NCBI GenBank assembly: GCA_963745075.1
Contig: CAVUWV010000013.1
Coordinates: forward strand, 64,001 to 128,000
DNA length: 64,000 nucleotides
From: Candidatus Hydrogenedentota bacterium
GTDB lineage: Bacteria; Hydrogenedentota; Hydrogenedentia; Hydrogenedentales; SLHB01
Direction: 5' to 3'
A program made the position numbers and the translations under genes. The notes under the pieces are model-generated. The model ran no database searches and was not told the DNA's origin. It was given only the letters and a program-made list of their open reading frames with translations. Below are positions 49,935 to 61,683 of the stretch, piece after piece. Every line of letters starts with the position of its first letter. Positions within the stretch are counted from its first letter, which is position 1.

Positions 49935-50280
49935 ACGCCATGGCCCGAAGGGCCTGAATACCCATAGCCCCGGGTTGGCCGCCGCGCAGCAAGGCCTACC
50001 CGGTGTCCGTGGATTTCCGTTTCGGTCGATACCCTGATGGGGTTCCAAAGTCGCAATCCGGCTATGTACCCCCTTCGGGGAATTGTGGGGAGTGGGGCGG
50101 TGGTGACCCCGGGTAGACCCACGCTCCGCGCGCGTCAACCCGGGGCTGCAAGTATGTAGGCCCTTCGGGCCATTACGGCGGCTTGACGCCGCCGCGTGAT
50201 TGGTGCAAGCGGGTGGCGTCATCGGGTGGCGCAATTGGGTAGTGCAAACGGGTGGCGTCATCGGGTGGTGCAATTGGGCG
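49935..50280. repeat. Long palindromic repeat element, copy 3, ending in a 39-bp tandem duplication
   Basis: Co-linear with 47605-47918. tgcaa(g/a)cgggtggcgtcatcgggtgg(c/t)gcaattggg occurs twice, at ~50204 and ~50243. Confidence 0.88.
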
Positions 50281-50438
50281 GCACCATCGCGAAGATGTTC
50301 CGGCTCGGAATCGCGGTTGGGCGAGCGGTTTGATTGAGGCTCGGAACCGTGGTCATACGATTTGTTCGCTTGGTTTCAGGAATCGTGGTTGCGCGGGTGG
50401 TGTCATCGTTCTTGAGGCTCCTAACAGAATCGAGTGAT

Positions 50439-50496
50439 GCAGCGCAGGCGTCCTCGCCTGCCTCTTTTGAATTTGCAGGCGAGGACGCCTGCGCTT
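50439..50496. repeat. REP-like inverted repeat pair of the same family as 11924-12037
   Basis: agcgcaggcgtcctcgcctgc ... gcaggcgaggacgcctgcgct. Confidence 0.8.
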
Positions 50497-50728
50497 CACG
50501 AACTCTCCCGGTACTGGTTAGGAGTTCCCAATTTGGCAGTTCGGCGCGCCGATTGCGGCAGCCGTGGTGAATTGAAGCGTTTGCGGAAATCTTGATACTC
50601 TGGCGTACGCAAACCACAGGGATCTGTACTTTCGGAACGGGCTGTCCCGTGCCGGTGAGTTTTGATCGACTCTTGCGCCGTCGCCGTGTAGGGGACGGAA
50701 TTTCGGGATCGGAAGGAAGGAGCACCGA

Positions 50729-52097
50729 ATGAAGATCAAGCCGCACATTTTCCGTGAATACGACATTCGCGGGATCGCTGGCAAAGACCTGGATGAGTCG
50801 ACTTACGAAGTGGTTGGCAAGGCCTTGTGCGCCAACCTGCGCGGCAAGAAGAAGCACAACTGCGTCGTCGTCGGGCGGGACGGGCGTCTTACGTCGAAGG
50901 CCTACGCGGATGCGTTTATCGACGGCGTCACCGCGTGCGGCGTGAACGTCATCGACATCGGCGAAGTGCCCACGCCCCTCGTGTATTACGGGCTCTTTAC
51001 GCTGCCCGTCGACGGCGGCGTGATGATCACGGCTAGCCACAATCCCAAAGAGTACAACGGAATGAAAGTCGCCATCGGCAAGGCGACGCTCCACGGCAAA
51101 GAGATCCAGAAACTGATGAAGATCGCCCAGGCCGGGAAATTTCCGAAGGCCAAGGGCCCGGTTACGATCACGCGCATGGACCTCGTTCCGAAGTATCTGA
51201 AGCGGATCACGAGCGGCATTACGCTCAAGCGCAAACTCAAGGTCGTGCTCGACGGCGGCAACGGCGTCGGCGGCCCGGTCGGCCTCGAGTTGTACAAGCG
51301 ACTCGGGTGCGAGGTGATTCCCCTGTACTGCGACGTGGACGGGACCTTTCCCGAATCACCATCCCGACCCGACGGTCCCCGCGAACTTGAAGACGCTCAT
51401 CGCGACGGTGAAGCGCACCAAGGCCGATCTCGGCATCGCCTACGACGGCGACGTGGACCGCATCGGCGCCGTGGACAACAAGGGCAACGTCATCTTCGGG
51501 GACAAGCTGCTCATCCTCTTCGCGCGCGACGTGCTGAAAGAAAAGCCCGGCGCCACGATCATCGGCGAAGTGAAGAGTTCGCGCTCGCTGTACGAAGACA
51601 TCGCCAAACACGGCGGCAAACCCATCATGTGGAAGACGGGCCACTCGTTGATCAAGGCGGCCATGAAGATTCACCACGCGCAACTCGCCGGCGAAATGAG
51701 CGGGCACATGTTCTTCAAGCACCGCTGGTACGGGTTTGACGACGCCATCTACGCGGGCGCGCGTTTGCTCGAGTATCTGTCCAAGGGCCGGAAGACGTTG
51801 AACGATCATCTCGCCAACGTTCCCGAAACCTTCGTCACGGAAGAAATCCGGATCGAAACGAATGAATCCCGCAAATTCGCCATCGTTGCCCAGGCGACGC
51901 AGTATTTTAAGAAGGAACTCGGTCTCAACGTCAACGACATTGACGGCGCCCGCATCGAGTTCGAAGACGGGTGGGGGCTCATTCGCGCGTCCAACACGTC
52001 GCCCGTGCTGGTCATGCGCTGCGAGGCAAACACCAAGAAGCGGCTCAACGAAATCCGCAAGCTCATCGAGACGAAAGTCAAAGAGCTGAACAAATAG
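50729..52097 (+). CDS. Phosphomannomutase/phosphoglucomutase (AlgC-type), frameshift at ~51350
   Basis: IFREYDIRG, ITASHNP, YDGDVDR, GEMSGH, RASNT. The conserved FPNHHPDP is broken by one extra base in tttccc. Confidence 0.92.
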
Positions 52098-52180
52098 TAT
52101 CCGGTGTTGTGCGGGGGACGGCGATGCTGTTCCCCGCCGTCTATTTCGCGAGTTGCCGTCACGAGCAGGGGAGGGGAGCG

Positions 52181-54470
52181 ATGCTGGTCTGGGCTGTTGT
52201 AGCGGCTGCGATATTCCATGGTGCGGCCGACGGCAACGTGTTGCCGAATCCGTCCTTTGAAGAGCCCACCAACAAACCGTCCGGTTGGGATTCCCACGTC
52301 TGGAGCGGCACGGCGGACTTCGCCTACGTCGAAGACGGCCGGACGGGGAAACGCTGCGTTCGGATCGCGTCCAAATCCGGCGGCGACGTGGCTTGGTTCC
52401 GCACCGCGCGTGTGGAACCCTACTCGGTGTATCGTCTCTCCGGCTGGATCAAGACCGAACACGTCCAGGCTACCTCGGGCGAGGGCGCGCTGTTGAATCT
52501 TCATTACGGCCCGTCCGCGAAGACCCAGGCCGTTACCGGTACCACGGATTGGACGCAGGTCTCGGTGGAGTTCAAAACCGGCGAGACCGAGACCATCACG
52601 ATCAATTGCTTGTTCGGTGGTTGGGGGCAGGCGACCGGGACCGCATGGTATGACGATCTCAGTTTGGAACGCATAGGGGATCAAGCCTTGAACCCAGCCG
52701 TGACCGTCGACGTTTCCAAGACCGGACCGCCCATCTCGAAATACATCTACGGACAGTTCATCGAACACTTGGGGCGCTGCATCTATGGCGGCATCTGGGC
52801 GGAGATGCTTCAGGACCGCAAGTTCTATTACGCCGTCGACACGGAACACTCGCCCTGGGATTCCCTCAGCCCGGGCACGGTGGAGATGATTCCCGACAAC
52901 TCCTACGTGGGCGACCAAACCCCCTTCGTAACCGGCGGCGGAATCACGCAGGGTGGGCTGGGCGTCCTTGCGGGCAAGAAATACGAGGGACGTATCGTTC
53001 TGAAGGGCCAGGGTCCCGTGGACATTACGCTGTCTTGGGGCGATGGCGATGCCGACAGCGCCTTAGTGCGCATTATGGATTTAACGGACGAATACCAGAA
53101 GTATCCCTTGTCCTTCAAGGCCGGTGCGTCAACGGACGATGCGCGCATCACCATCGGCGGTCCCAATGCGTTCTATGTGGGCACCCTTTCCCTCATGCCC
53201 GGCGACAATGTGAACGGCATGCGCGCGGATACGCTGGAGTTGCTCAAGGAACTCAACGCACCGGTCTACCGCTGGCCCGGCGGCAATTTCGTCAGCGGAT
53301 ACGACTGGCGCGACGGACTTGGCGATCCCGACCGGAGGCCGCCGCGAAAGAATCCCGCGTGGACGGGCATCGAGCACAACGATTTCGGTATCCACGAATA
53401 CATGGCGTTTTGCGAGGCAGTCGACGCCGAACCCTACATCGCCGTGAACAGCGGGCTTGGGTCCGTCGACAACGCCCGCGACGAAGTGGAATACGCGAAC
53501 GGCGCAGCGACAACGGCCATGGGCGAGCTGCGGGCGAAGAACGGCCATCCTGAACCGTGGCACGTCAAATGGTGGAGCATCGGCAATGAGATGTATGGCG
53601 ACTGGCAACTCGGCCATATCCCGCTTGAAGAGTACGTAAAACGCCACAACGAATTCGCCGACACCATGCGCGCGCTCGATCCGTCTATCAAGTTGATTGC
53701 CGTGGGCGCGACGGGACCCTGGAGCGAAGCCATGTTGACGGAGTGCGCCGACCACATGGACCTGCTGAGCGAACATTTCTATTGTGGCGAGAAACCCGGC
53801 TTGATCGAGCACGTTCGTCAGATTGCCGACAACGTACGCGCCAAGGCCGACGCACAGCGCAAGTACTGGGCGGAGATCCCCGCGCTGAAAGATAACCACA
53901 TCCGCATTGCGTTGGACGAGTACAACTACTGGTACGGTCCACACCTTTACGGAGAACTCGGAACGCGCTATTTCCTGCAGGACGCCCTGGGCATCGCCGG
54001 GGGCATTCACGAGTTGACCCGCAACAGCGACGTTTTCGAGATGGCGAACTACGCACAAACTGTGAATGTCATCGGGTGCATCAAGACCAGCAAGACCGCC
54101 GCCGTCATTCGCAACCACCGGGCTGGTACTTGAGCTGTATTGCGCGCATTTTGGCGTGACGCCGGTCGAAGTTACCGGTGACGCCAAGCCCCTCGACGTG
54201 GCCGCGGCCTGGAATGCCGATCGGTCGGCCATCACGATCGGCGTCGTGAACCCGACGCTGAATACTGTCGAGCTGAAGCTTCAATTCGCGAATGTGGAAC
54301 CGGCGGAGAACGGCACAGTATGGGTCATTACCGGCGCCGACCGTATGGCCTATAATGAACCCGGCAAGGAGCCGTCTGTGACGATACAGGAGCAGGCGTA
54401 CCGTGGAATGAAAGACAACTTGTCCGTCGCCCCGTTGAGCGTGTCTCTTTACGAATTGAAGGTGAAGTAG
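52181..54470 (+). CDS. GH51 alpha-L-arabinofuranosidase with an N-terminal CBM4/9-like domain, frameshift at ~54108
   Basis: NPSFE CBM, IYGQFIEHLGRCIYGG, RWPGGNF, IGNEMYG, LDEYN, ANYAQTVNV. The C-terminal domain continues in ORF 54066-54470. Confidence 0.9.
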
Positions 54471-54566
54471 TACCCATCGTTGACGCAGCGTCCGCCAGGT
54501 TGCAGCAGACCGTTCCATTGCGGTAGCGTGAAGGTCTGGGATCCGGAGCCGGTGGGAATTCGTCCG

Positions 54567-56396
54567 ATGCAGACCTGCAGTGATTTCCTTCTAGAGAGTT
54601 GCGCCGAAATTGCGCTGGCCGCCGTCGAACATGTCGATGCCGAAGATTTCCAAGCACCTCTGGAGTCGGTCATCCGCAACCTTGTTGCATGTGTGGATAA
54701 GGACACCGGGATCGACGTTGCCCCGTTGCGTGACGCGGGGGCGGACGACGATCTTATCGGACGCCTGTTGCGCGCCGCCGAGACGGAGACCATCGAACGG
54801 CTCCGCGCTCAGTCCAACGGCAAGGATTTCGCCGGAAACATCCTTCAATTGCGGTCGTGCATTCGCAAGTCGATCCCGCCGTCACTGCTGAATCTCGAAA
54901 GTGTCCGGAACTATCACGAACTGGTGGCCGGCGTGACGCGGGATGCCCATCCCGAAAATCAGCGCTTGTACGACTTTTTCACCGGCATTCTGAAAAATAT
55001 TCGCGATCTGATCTTTGTGCATGACGCCCGCGGTAATATCCTTTACGTCAACGACGCGGGACTCAACACCATCAGGTACACGCGGGACGATCTACTGGAA
55101 GGATTGTCCATCTACGACGTCGTGGTTTCCAAGTATGTGGATCTCGTGGAAGAGCGGATGGCCGGTCCCGGCGGCGGGAAACTTTCGCCATTTACGATCG
55201 AGATTTACGCGAAAGACGGCGAACGCATCCCCATGGAGATCGATACGCGTATCCTTTCCAGTGACGGTGGATCCCAGGCCTTGGTCGGGGTTGCCCGGGA
55301 TCTCCGTTTGGAGCGCCGCCTGCAGACCGACATTCGGCGCGCGAACTGTTACGTGGAGACACTGCTCGACATCGCGCCGGTGGGGGTGCTGATCGCCGAT
55401 TCAGACGGACGTATTCGCGAGGCGAATTCGTTGGCCGGGGCCATGTGCGGTGCGCCGTCGTTAAATGCGCTTATTGGTTTGAATCTGTCCGAGCTGGGCG
55501 AACGGCAGGATCCCGCGGGCCGCGCAGCCTTGGCGCGCGTCGTCGATACGCGCAAAGATTTTCGGGCCTGCATGACGTTTCGGACTCGCTTCGGCAAGAA
55601 GGTCCATTGCGACGTGATTGCGGCGCCCCTCGAACTCGATGACGGCAGCCTCGACGGGGCCGTCATGTTGCTGGTCGACATATCCGAACAGAAGGCGCTG
55701 CAGCAGGAGTTGCTCCAGGCCGAGAAGATGTCCGCCCTCGGCGAGATCGTTGCGCGCGCGGCGCACGAACTGAACAACCCGCTGGCGGGCATTATCGGGT
55801 ACGCCCAGCTAATGCAGGACGCCCTTGAGAAACCGGCTCACAAGGAACGGATTGGCCGGATTCTGGAAGAAGCCGACCGGTGCCGCCGGATCGGGGACAA
55901 CCTCCTCGCCTTTGCCAAGCGGGGCCAACGCGAAATGGTTCCACACGATGTCAACGAGCTGGTCCGACAGGCGGTCGGACTATGTGAATACGCGCTTCAA
56001 GTCGATCGCATCGATGTAACACTGGACTTGGCCGACGAATTGCCACAAGTTCGCTGCGCCGTGCAGGACTTGCAGCGCGTGTTCCTGAACATCATCAACA
56101 ATGCCCATCTCGCTCTGCTGGAGGTCGGGCCAGATCGGCGTCGTCTTGAAATCGGTACGCGTCTGGAAAGCAATGCCATTCAAATCCGCTTCGCCGATAC
56201 GGGATGCGGCATCGACGAAGACATTGTGCCGAAACTCTTCCAACCCTTCTTTACGACGCGCGACGTGGGGGAGGGGATCGGGCTCGGTCTCAGCGTCGGT
56301 TACGCCGTCGTCTCCGATCACAGCGGCGCCATCAAAGTGGAGAGCGAGAAAGGCGAAGGCGCCACATTTATCGTGGAGCTTCCCGTTCGGTCATAG
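54567..56396 (+). CDS. PAS-PAS sensor histidine kinase
   Basis: Two PAS domains, AHELNNPL H-box, NIINNA, DTGCGI, PFFTTR, GIGLGL. Confidence 0.92.
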   Translation: MQTCSDFLLESCAEIALAAVEHVDAEDFQAPLESVIRNLVACVDKDTGIDVAPLRDAGADDDLIGRLLRAAETETIERLRAQSNGKDFAGNILQLRSCIRKSIPPSLLNLESVRNYHELVAGVTRDAHPENQRLYDFFTGILKNIRDLIFVHDARGNILYVNDAGLNTIRYTRDDLLEGLSIYDVVVSKYVDLVEERMAGPGGGKLSPFTIEIYAKDGERIPMEIDTRILSSDGGSQALVGVARDLRLERRLQTDIRRANCYVETLLDIAPVGVLIADSDGRIREANSLAGAMCGAPSLNALIGLNLSELGERQDPAGRAALARVVDTRKDFRACMTFRTRFGKKVHCDVIAAPLELDDGSLDGAVMLLVDISEQKALQQELLQAEKMSALGEIVARAAHELNNPLAGIIGYAQLMQDALEKPAHKERIGRILEEADRCRRIGDNLLAFAKRGQREMVPHDVNELVRQAVGLCEYALQVDRIDVTLDLADELPQVRCAVQDLQRVFLNIINNAHLALLEVGPDRRRLEIGTRLESNAIQIRFADTGCGIDEDIVPKLFQPFFTTRDVGEGIGLGLSVGYAVVSDHSGAIKVESEKGEGATFIVELPVRS

Positions 56397-56430
56397 TCTT
56401 CCGTCCGTGCCAGTCCGGGTGAGCAAACAT

Positions 56431-58236
56431 CTATTCTTCGGCCAATTCCAACTCGTCTTCCACAAACCGCTCGTCGTTCGGGTTCGGCACGTGCAAGTAC
56501 GTCGCCTCACCACCCGGATCCGGAAACTCCGTCAGAGTCAATTCCCAGTCCGGCGCGGCTTGCGGGTACCAATGGGTCGTGAGCCAAGCTTTCACGCGGC
56601 ATGAAAGGCCTTCGGGCCGTACGGTCGAATCCGGGAAAGGTCCTTCCAGGGTTCCGGGATCGATCGTGATGAGACGTAGAACTTTTTCCGGGACATCCGG
56701 GTTCAGGGCTGGGTCCAAACAGAACACGCGCGGGCCATACATGACCGCTACGCGTCCTGCTTGCGCCTTGCGTCCACGCACGAGACGCAGCGTCATCGGA
56801 AGCGAGAGATCGACCACGTCTCCCGGCTTCCACTCGCGCGAAATGGTGTGGTACGTTCCGGCTTTGGCCGATTCACCCTCCGCCGCGCCATTCACGCGCA
56901 CATCGGCCAATTCACACCACTTTGGAATCCGAAGGCGCAAGGCAAACGAAACCGGCATTTCGGGATTGACCCTGAGCGTGACGGTTCCGTTCGTTGGGTA
57001 CGCGGTTTCCTGAGAGAGGGTTACGGGTACGTCGTCGATCGTGAGGTGCGCGGTTGATTCGCTGTATAGATTCACCGCAATGCCGTCGTCGGACTGGTAA
57101 TAGATCAACTGCGGCAATTCCGCGATGATCCGCCGGTAGTTGCAGGGGCAGCAATACGTGTCCTTGTCGAAGTAGACGCGCTTGCCCTCCTGCGGCGAGT
57201 AGTAGCGGATGTGGCGTCCATCGGGCGACTGCGCCGCAAACAATGCATTGTATATCGCGCGCTCCATCAAATCGCCGTATTCGGGATTCCCTTCCATGCG
57301 CTGCAACTCGTCAAGCATCCGCACCAGGTAGGCGGTGGCGCAGGTTTCCCCGAGGTTGGCCGCCCCCTCCTGCGTGCTGTGCCAACACTCGTGTTGTCCG
57401 CAGGTACCTGTGACCACGAGTCCGTCCCGCGTGGTGAGGTAATCCACGACACGGTGCGCCGGAACGAGAAGTTGTGGTTGAGGCTGAATGCGGTAGAGAC
57501 GCAACTGCGCGATACATCGCGCCATGTACGCGTACGCGTGACCCTGGATGGGCCCCCAGCGGCCTTCCACGATGGGGCCGTCCCATTCCGCGAGTTTGCG
57601 CTGGCCCACACAGAAATCGAGGTACTTCGCGTCGCCCGTTTCTTTGTGCAGGGCCAACAAGGCGGGCTCCAGCCCCGTTACGGCCATGTACACCGTGATC
57701 GCACCGTCACCCGGTTTGCGATCCGGTTCCGCGGCCCATCCGGCGATAATGTAGTCGGCCGCACGCCGTGCCGCGTCGAGGGATTTGGTGTTGCCGAAGA
57801 AGCGGTGGTCCATGGTCAGCCCGTATATGAGGTAGGACATCTCGTGGATATCCCACAACGACCACAGACGCGCCTTCGGTGCGAACATTCCGATGTATCC
57901 GTCCGGTTCCTGCAGCGCGATGATGCTGTCCACGAGATGTTGTTTCCGCGCGAGGACCGCGGGATCGTCCGTGTACGCCGCAAACCGCACCGCGGCGTCG
58001 ATGAGCTTGCCGAGTCCGACATAACCGCCGGTCGCCGTGCGATCGTGAAAGGGTCTCAGGAACTCGCCGTCCGCATCGAGCACCATGAGATTGTTGCGAA
58101 TGGTTGCGTCGACGCGGCTTCCCAACTCGCCCCCGACCTCGACGTTTCCGATATCCAGACGTTTGAACGTGTCGGCAAGACCTGGCATTACGAGTGCGGC
58201 GCCGGCGGCGAACAACAGGACGAAACTGCGAACCAT
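56431..58236 (-). CDS. GH127-family beta-L-arabinofuranosidase-like protein
   Basis: Signal peptide, QEPDGY, GHAY, GETCAT, ERAIYNAL, YCCPCN, ETAYP..G, LRIPKW. Confidence 0.88.
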   Translation of the reverse strand: MVRSFVLLFAAGAALVMPGLADTFKRLDIGNVEVGGELGSRVDATIRNNLMVLDADGEFLRPFHDRTATGGYVGLGKLIDAAVRFAAYTDDPAVLARKQHLVDSIIALQEPDGYIGMFAPKARLWSLWDIHEMSYLIYGLTMDHRFFGNTKSLDAARRAADYIIAGWAAEPDRKPGDGAITVYMAVTGLEPALLALHKETGDAKYLDFCVGQRKLAEWDGPIVEGRWGPIQGHAYAYMARCIAQLRLYRIQPQPQLLVPAHRVVDYLTTRDGLVVTGTCGQHECWHSTQEGAANLGETCATAYLVRMLDELQRMEGNPEYGDLMERAIYNALFAAQSPDGRHIRYYSPQEGKRVYFDKDTYCCPCNYRRIIAELPQLIYYQSDDGIAVNLYSESTAHLTIDDVPVTLSQETAYPTNGTVTLRVNPEMPVSFALRLRIPKWCELADVRVNGAAEGESAKAGTYHTISREWKPGDVVDLSLPMTLRLVRGRKAQAGRVAVMYGPRVFCLDPALNPDVPEKVLRLITIDPGTLEGPFPDSTVRPEGLSCRVKAWLTTHWYPQAAPDWELTLTEFPDPGGEATYLHVPNPNDERFVEDELELAEE

Positions 58237-58508
58237 AAACGAACCCCCTCTCCAGCCCATTCTCCGCGAATCGCCCCGAATAGGCCCACAACCCTGCGAA
58301 TTGGTGAAGCACCCTCCGTACCGTCTATAATACCACCGTTGCGGATGCAAGGCAGAACCGGGTAAAACGAAGTTTGTCGCAGGACAACTGTGCACTGGGG
58401 TGCACCGTCTTTCCCTCCATTCAACGCCGATCCGCACGCTCTGTCGTAGGGTTCCCATAAATGGATACGTAAAGGCGCCTTCCGGAGTGTTGGCCACCAA
58501 AGGAGTAA

Positions 58509-59018
58509 ATGATGCGTTGGAGATTTTCTGTCGTCGCGTATGTATTGGTTGGTTTGTCAGTAATGGTTCTGGTCGCTGCCAAACAGCAGTCGGCCCAACC
58601 GGATCCAAAACCGCTCCGCGTGGCACAGAATCAGCAAGCCGCGGAGAAAGCGCAACCCATGACCGATGGCGAACGGGCCTCGCAAATTGAACGTGGCGCG
58701 TACATCGCCCATTACGTCGCCATGTGCGTCATATGTCACACGCCCAAAGACGATAACGGGATGCCGATCCAGGGCCGGGAATTCGAGGGCGGGGTCATCC
58801 CGGTTCAGCCTTCCTATCCCAGCATGAAGCAGTGGGCTTCCAATGCGCCCGCGCTTGGACCGCTCGTCGGTGGCGCTCCCGAGGACGTAATCTCGCTACT
58901 GCAAACTGGTATCTGGCCGCGCACCAAACAGTCGCCCCGTCCTCCCATGCCGCCATTCCGGTTCACGGAAGAAGACGCGCGCGCGGTGGTCGCCTACCTC
59001 CGAAGCGTAACGCAATAG
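58509..59018 (+). CDS. Periplasmic monoheme cytochrome c
   Basis: AAGGAG RBS, signal peptide, CVICH heme motif, distal PPMP Met. Confidence 0.88.
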   Translation: MMRWRFSVVAYVLVGLSVMVLVAAKQQSAQPDPKPLRVAQNQQAAEKAQPMTDGERASQIERGAYIAHYVAMCVICHTPKDDNGMPIQGREFEGGVIPVQPSYPSMKQWASNAPALGPLVGGAPEDVISLLQTGIWPRTKQSPRPPMPPFRFTEEDARAVVAYLRSVTQ

Positions 59019-59030
59019 CGCCGGGTCCGA

Positions 59031-60455
59031 TTATCCTTCGAGGTAAGGAATGACTGGGCAGTTCCGGCAGGAGGGATTGGGTTCGCACCAGTCCTGATAG
59101 ACCTGTAGCAGCCCTTGTTGGGTGCGAAAGTCTATCCGCGGCGGCTTGAGATCGCCAAACACCCGGGGAATCATGATCTTCACGATATGATTCCCCGGCT
59201 CTTTTGGTAAGGCCGCAAAGAAAGCGTGAACCTTCTCCTCGAAGGCCCGGTCCTGCCCCAAGCGGGCCGTTGCCAGCGCCGCAGGTAAAAATACGTTTCC
59301 GACGATCGCGCGAATCCGGCTCGCGCCGAGCGGGGCATTGGGCGACGGCAGCCGCTTCCCGGTCCACGTGCAATGTTCCGCCCAGAATCCCATGGCGCTT
59401 GGGAAAAGCCCTTCAAACGCGCGGCGTCGCTCGAGTGGTGAGCGGTCCTCGCGCCAGATGGCCTCGAGTGTGGCCGTGAGGCCCTTGCGTGCGGTGCGCG
59501 TCAGGAACCGCGCCGCGCCCGCGAAACGCCGTTCCGGATAGTTGTTCGGACGGACGCCCGTCCGCGACCACCGTAACGGCAGACTGCGCAAGCCTTCCAA
59601 TTGCGTCTTTCGCAATGCGTCGAGACGCCGAAAGTGGGGGATGGAGCCGTTATCCTCGGGAAGTGATTCCGGCAGCAGTCCCGCGATTTGCAGGAAGGCT
59701 GTTTCCACCAACAGGGGGTCTTGCCGTGCAAGCTGACAGACGCGTTCGTATGGCAGGCTGCGTGCGACCGTAGCAAAATGGTGCTTGAACCGGCTATACC
59801 CGCACGCCGTCAGAAACGATTCGTACACGGCCTGATCCGGCCCGGCCTGTTCGACGCGCACTTGCGCGCCGCGCGCCTTGTGCAGAAGCCGCCATTCGCC
59901 TGCGAGCAGCAAGAACCGGTGGATGTGCGCCGCGCCTTTCGCGCGCGACAACGCCGCGCAATATCCCTCCGTCATGCTGGCGGCGTGGGGGTAATCGTCG
60001 CGAGACATCGATTGCGCCACATTCTGTACGTCCACATCCAAATTCTCCGCAAGGAGCAGGCAGGCCACGCGTCGTCCCGAGGAGGTCATCGCGGGCGACG
60101 GCGGAGGTTTCGCGGAAAGCACGACTTCCAGAATCACGTTGTCGTAACGCGGGTCGGCGTGGTGCCCGTGTTGTCGCCATCCGCCGTGGTCGAGATGGAT
60201 TTCCACGTCGCCCGTCCGCAGCGTGTCGCCAAACTGGATTTGTGCGCCGCGAAAGTCGGGACCTTCCACGTCATTCCACCAGCCCGGCGATATGACGCGG
60301 ATAGGCATACCATCGGAAGTGCGTAATTCGTTCGCAGTAAATAACTGGTCGTACCAGATACATTGCACGACTGCTTCGGGCACGGGTTCCGCCTTTTCCC
60401 GCGCAACTGCGAAGAGCCTCGCGTATGCGTCGATGCCAGCATATGGTTGGGCCAT
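59031..60455 (-). CDS. DUF2851-family protein (start uncertain, ORF extends to 60530)
   Basis: ISPGWWN..EGPDF, GDVEIH, W.QHGHHADPRYDNVILEV, RPNNYPERR, QQGLLQVY...C...C..C. Confidence 0.8.
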   Translation of the reverse strand: MAQPYAGIDAYARLFAVAREKAEPVPEAVVQCIWYDQLFTANELRTSDGMPIRVISPGWWNDVEGPDFRGAQIQFGDTLRTGDVEIHLDHGGWRQHGHHADPRYDNVILEVVLSAKPPPSPAMTSSGRRVACLLLAENLDVDVQNVAQSMSRDDYPHAASMTEGYCAALSRAKGAAHIHRFLLLAGEWRLLHKARGAQVRVEQAGPDQAVYESFLTACGYSRFKHHFATVARSLPYERVCQLARQDPLLVETAFLQIAGLLPESLPEDNGSIPHFRRLDALRKTQLEGLRSLPLRWSRTGVRPNNYPERRFAGAARFLTRTARKGLTATLEAIWREDRSPLERRRAFEGLFPSAMGFWAEHCTWTGKRLPSPNAPLGASRIRAIVGNVFLPAALATARLGQDRAFEEKVHAFFAALPKEPGNHIVKIMIPRVFGDLKPPRIDFRTQQGLLQVYQDWCEPNPSCRNCPVIPYLEG

Positions 60456-60655
60456 GGTGCTCACTGAATGTCGCCGGTCTCCGCAGGCTGTTGGCTGTAC
60501 CAGTCCAGTTATCATAGCATCGCGGGACACATGCAGACCATGTCGCCCCTTGAACGGTTTCGTTTATTAGTCAATAATTTACCAGAAATCGCAAGCGTTC
60601 ATGGTATAATACGCCAAGTGCCGTGGGACCCGGTACCTTGTTCGGAGAGGCCGTT

Positions 60656-61528
60656 ATGAGCGGAAGATTCTTAGTCGGTCAATCGTGTTTGGTTGTTGCT
60701 ATCTCGTTTATTGCGAGTAGTTTGATACCCATTCCTGCGTTTGGCGATGACGGTGCGATAGACCTTATTGGCCGCGGCAAAACGTTCACCGTGGTCGAAC
60801 GCGATGGCGACGTTCGCGAGGTTCCCGAAGCGTCCCTGACGGTACAGGACGGCACCCACCGGAGCTACGTTGACCTCGACAAGGTTCCCACTGCTGAAGA
60901 TGAAGGCGGTGAAACTGCCGAGGCCGCCGAAGGTGCGACGCAGGCCGAAGAGCCCGCAGGTGAGGAAGGCAAGGTGGCTCCGGACGGGACGGAACCCGCC
61001 GGCGAGCCCGCAGCCAAGCCTGCCGAAGAACCCAAACAGGAAACGCCCGAAGAAAAAGCTGCGCGCGAAAAGGATGTTCGTGCTTTGCGCGCCATGATTG
61101 AACAGGGCGGAGCCTACTTCTACGACGAGAACAACAAGCCGCTTTCCTACCAGCAAGTCAGCGCCATGGTTCGGGAAGGAAACGTGGAGGACATCCACGC
61201 CGAAGGTTTGCATCTGTCCAGTTGGTCGTCGTCTCTCGGCAAACTGGAGAAAGATGGCAAGAAGACGTCCGCGTCTTCGTCCAAGTCCGCTGCCTCCGAG
61301 ACCCCGAAACGATCGGTTCATGAAAACGTTGCTGAGGGCGAGCCGTTCAGGAAATCCGTTCAAGACAACAAACCCTTCGACGTGAAACAGTACAATTCCG
61401 GCACCCCGGAAGACGGGCAAATCTCTCCGCTCGCAGTGCCGGAAGATCGCCGGCCGTTCCGCGAGGTCCTCAAAGAGGACAAGCGCGAACCCTTCAATCC
61501 TAAAGACGACTACACGAAGAACTACTGA
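60656..61528 (+). CDS. Secreted hypothetical protein with low-complexity E/A/P-rich linkers
   Basis: GGAGAGG RBS, signal peptide ending AFG-D. Confidence 0.65.
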   Translation: MSGRFLVGQSCLVVAISFIASSLIPIPAFGDDGAIDLIGRGKTFTVVERDGDVREVPEASLTVQDGTHRSYVDLDKVPTAEDEGGETAEAAEGATQAEEPAGEEGKVAPDGTEPAGEPAAKPAEEPKQETPEEKAAREKDVRALRAMIEQGGAYFYDENNKPLSYQQVSAMVREGNVEDIHAEGLHLSSWSSSLGKLEKDGKKTSASSSKSAASETPKRSVHENVAEGEPFRKSVQDNKPFDVKQYNSGTPEDGQISPLAVPEDRRPFREVLKEDKREPFNPKDDYTKNY

Positions 61529-61683
61529 TTCCCTCGTCGCGGACCGTCGGACCAAGTTCTCATATTTCCGCGTCTGGTGAGTACCGTTTCTGTCATGATC
61601 GTTCCGCAGTTTGAAGCGGGTGCGTAACTGCGCTTATACTCGTTCCAATTGTTTCTTCCCCCCCTCAAATCAAAGGAAAAGGC

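Noticed and set aside
46051..50280. Possible CRISPR array or integron attC sites
   Set aside because: The repeats are 160-340 bp with kb-scale gene-bearing intervals. There are no cas genes, no integron integrase and no clear RYYYAAC/GTTRRRY ends.
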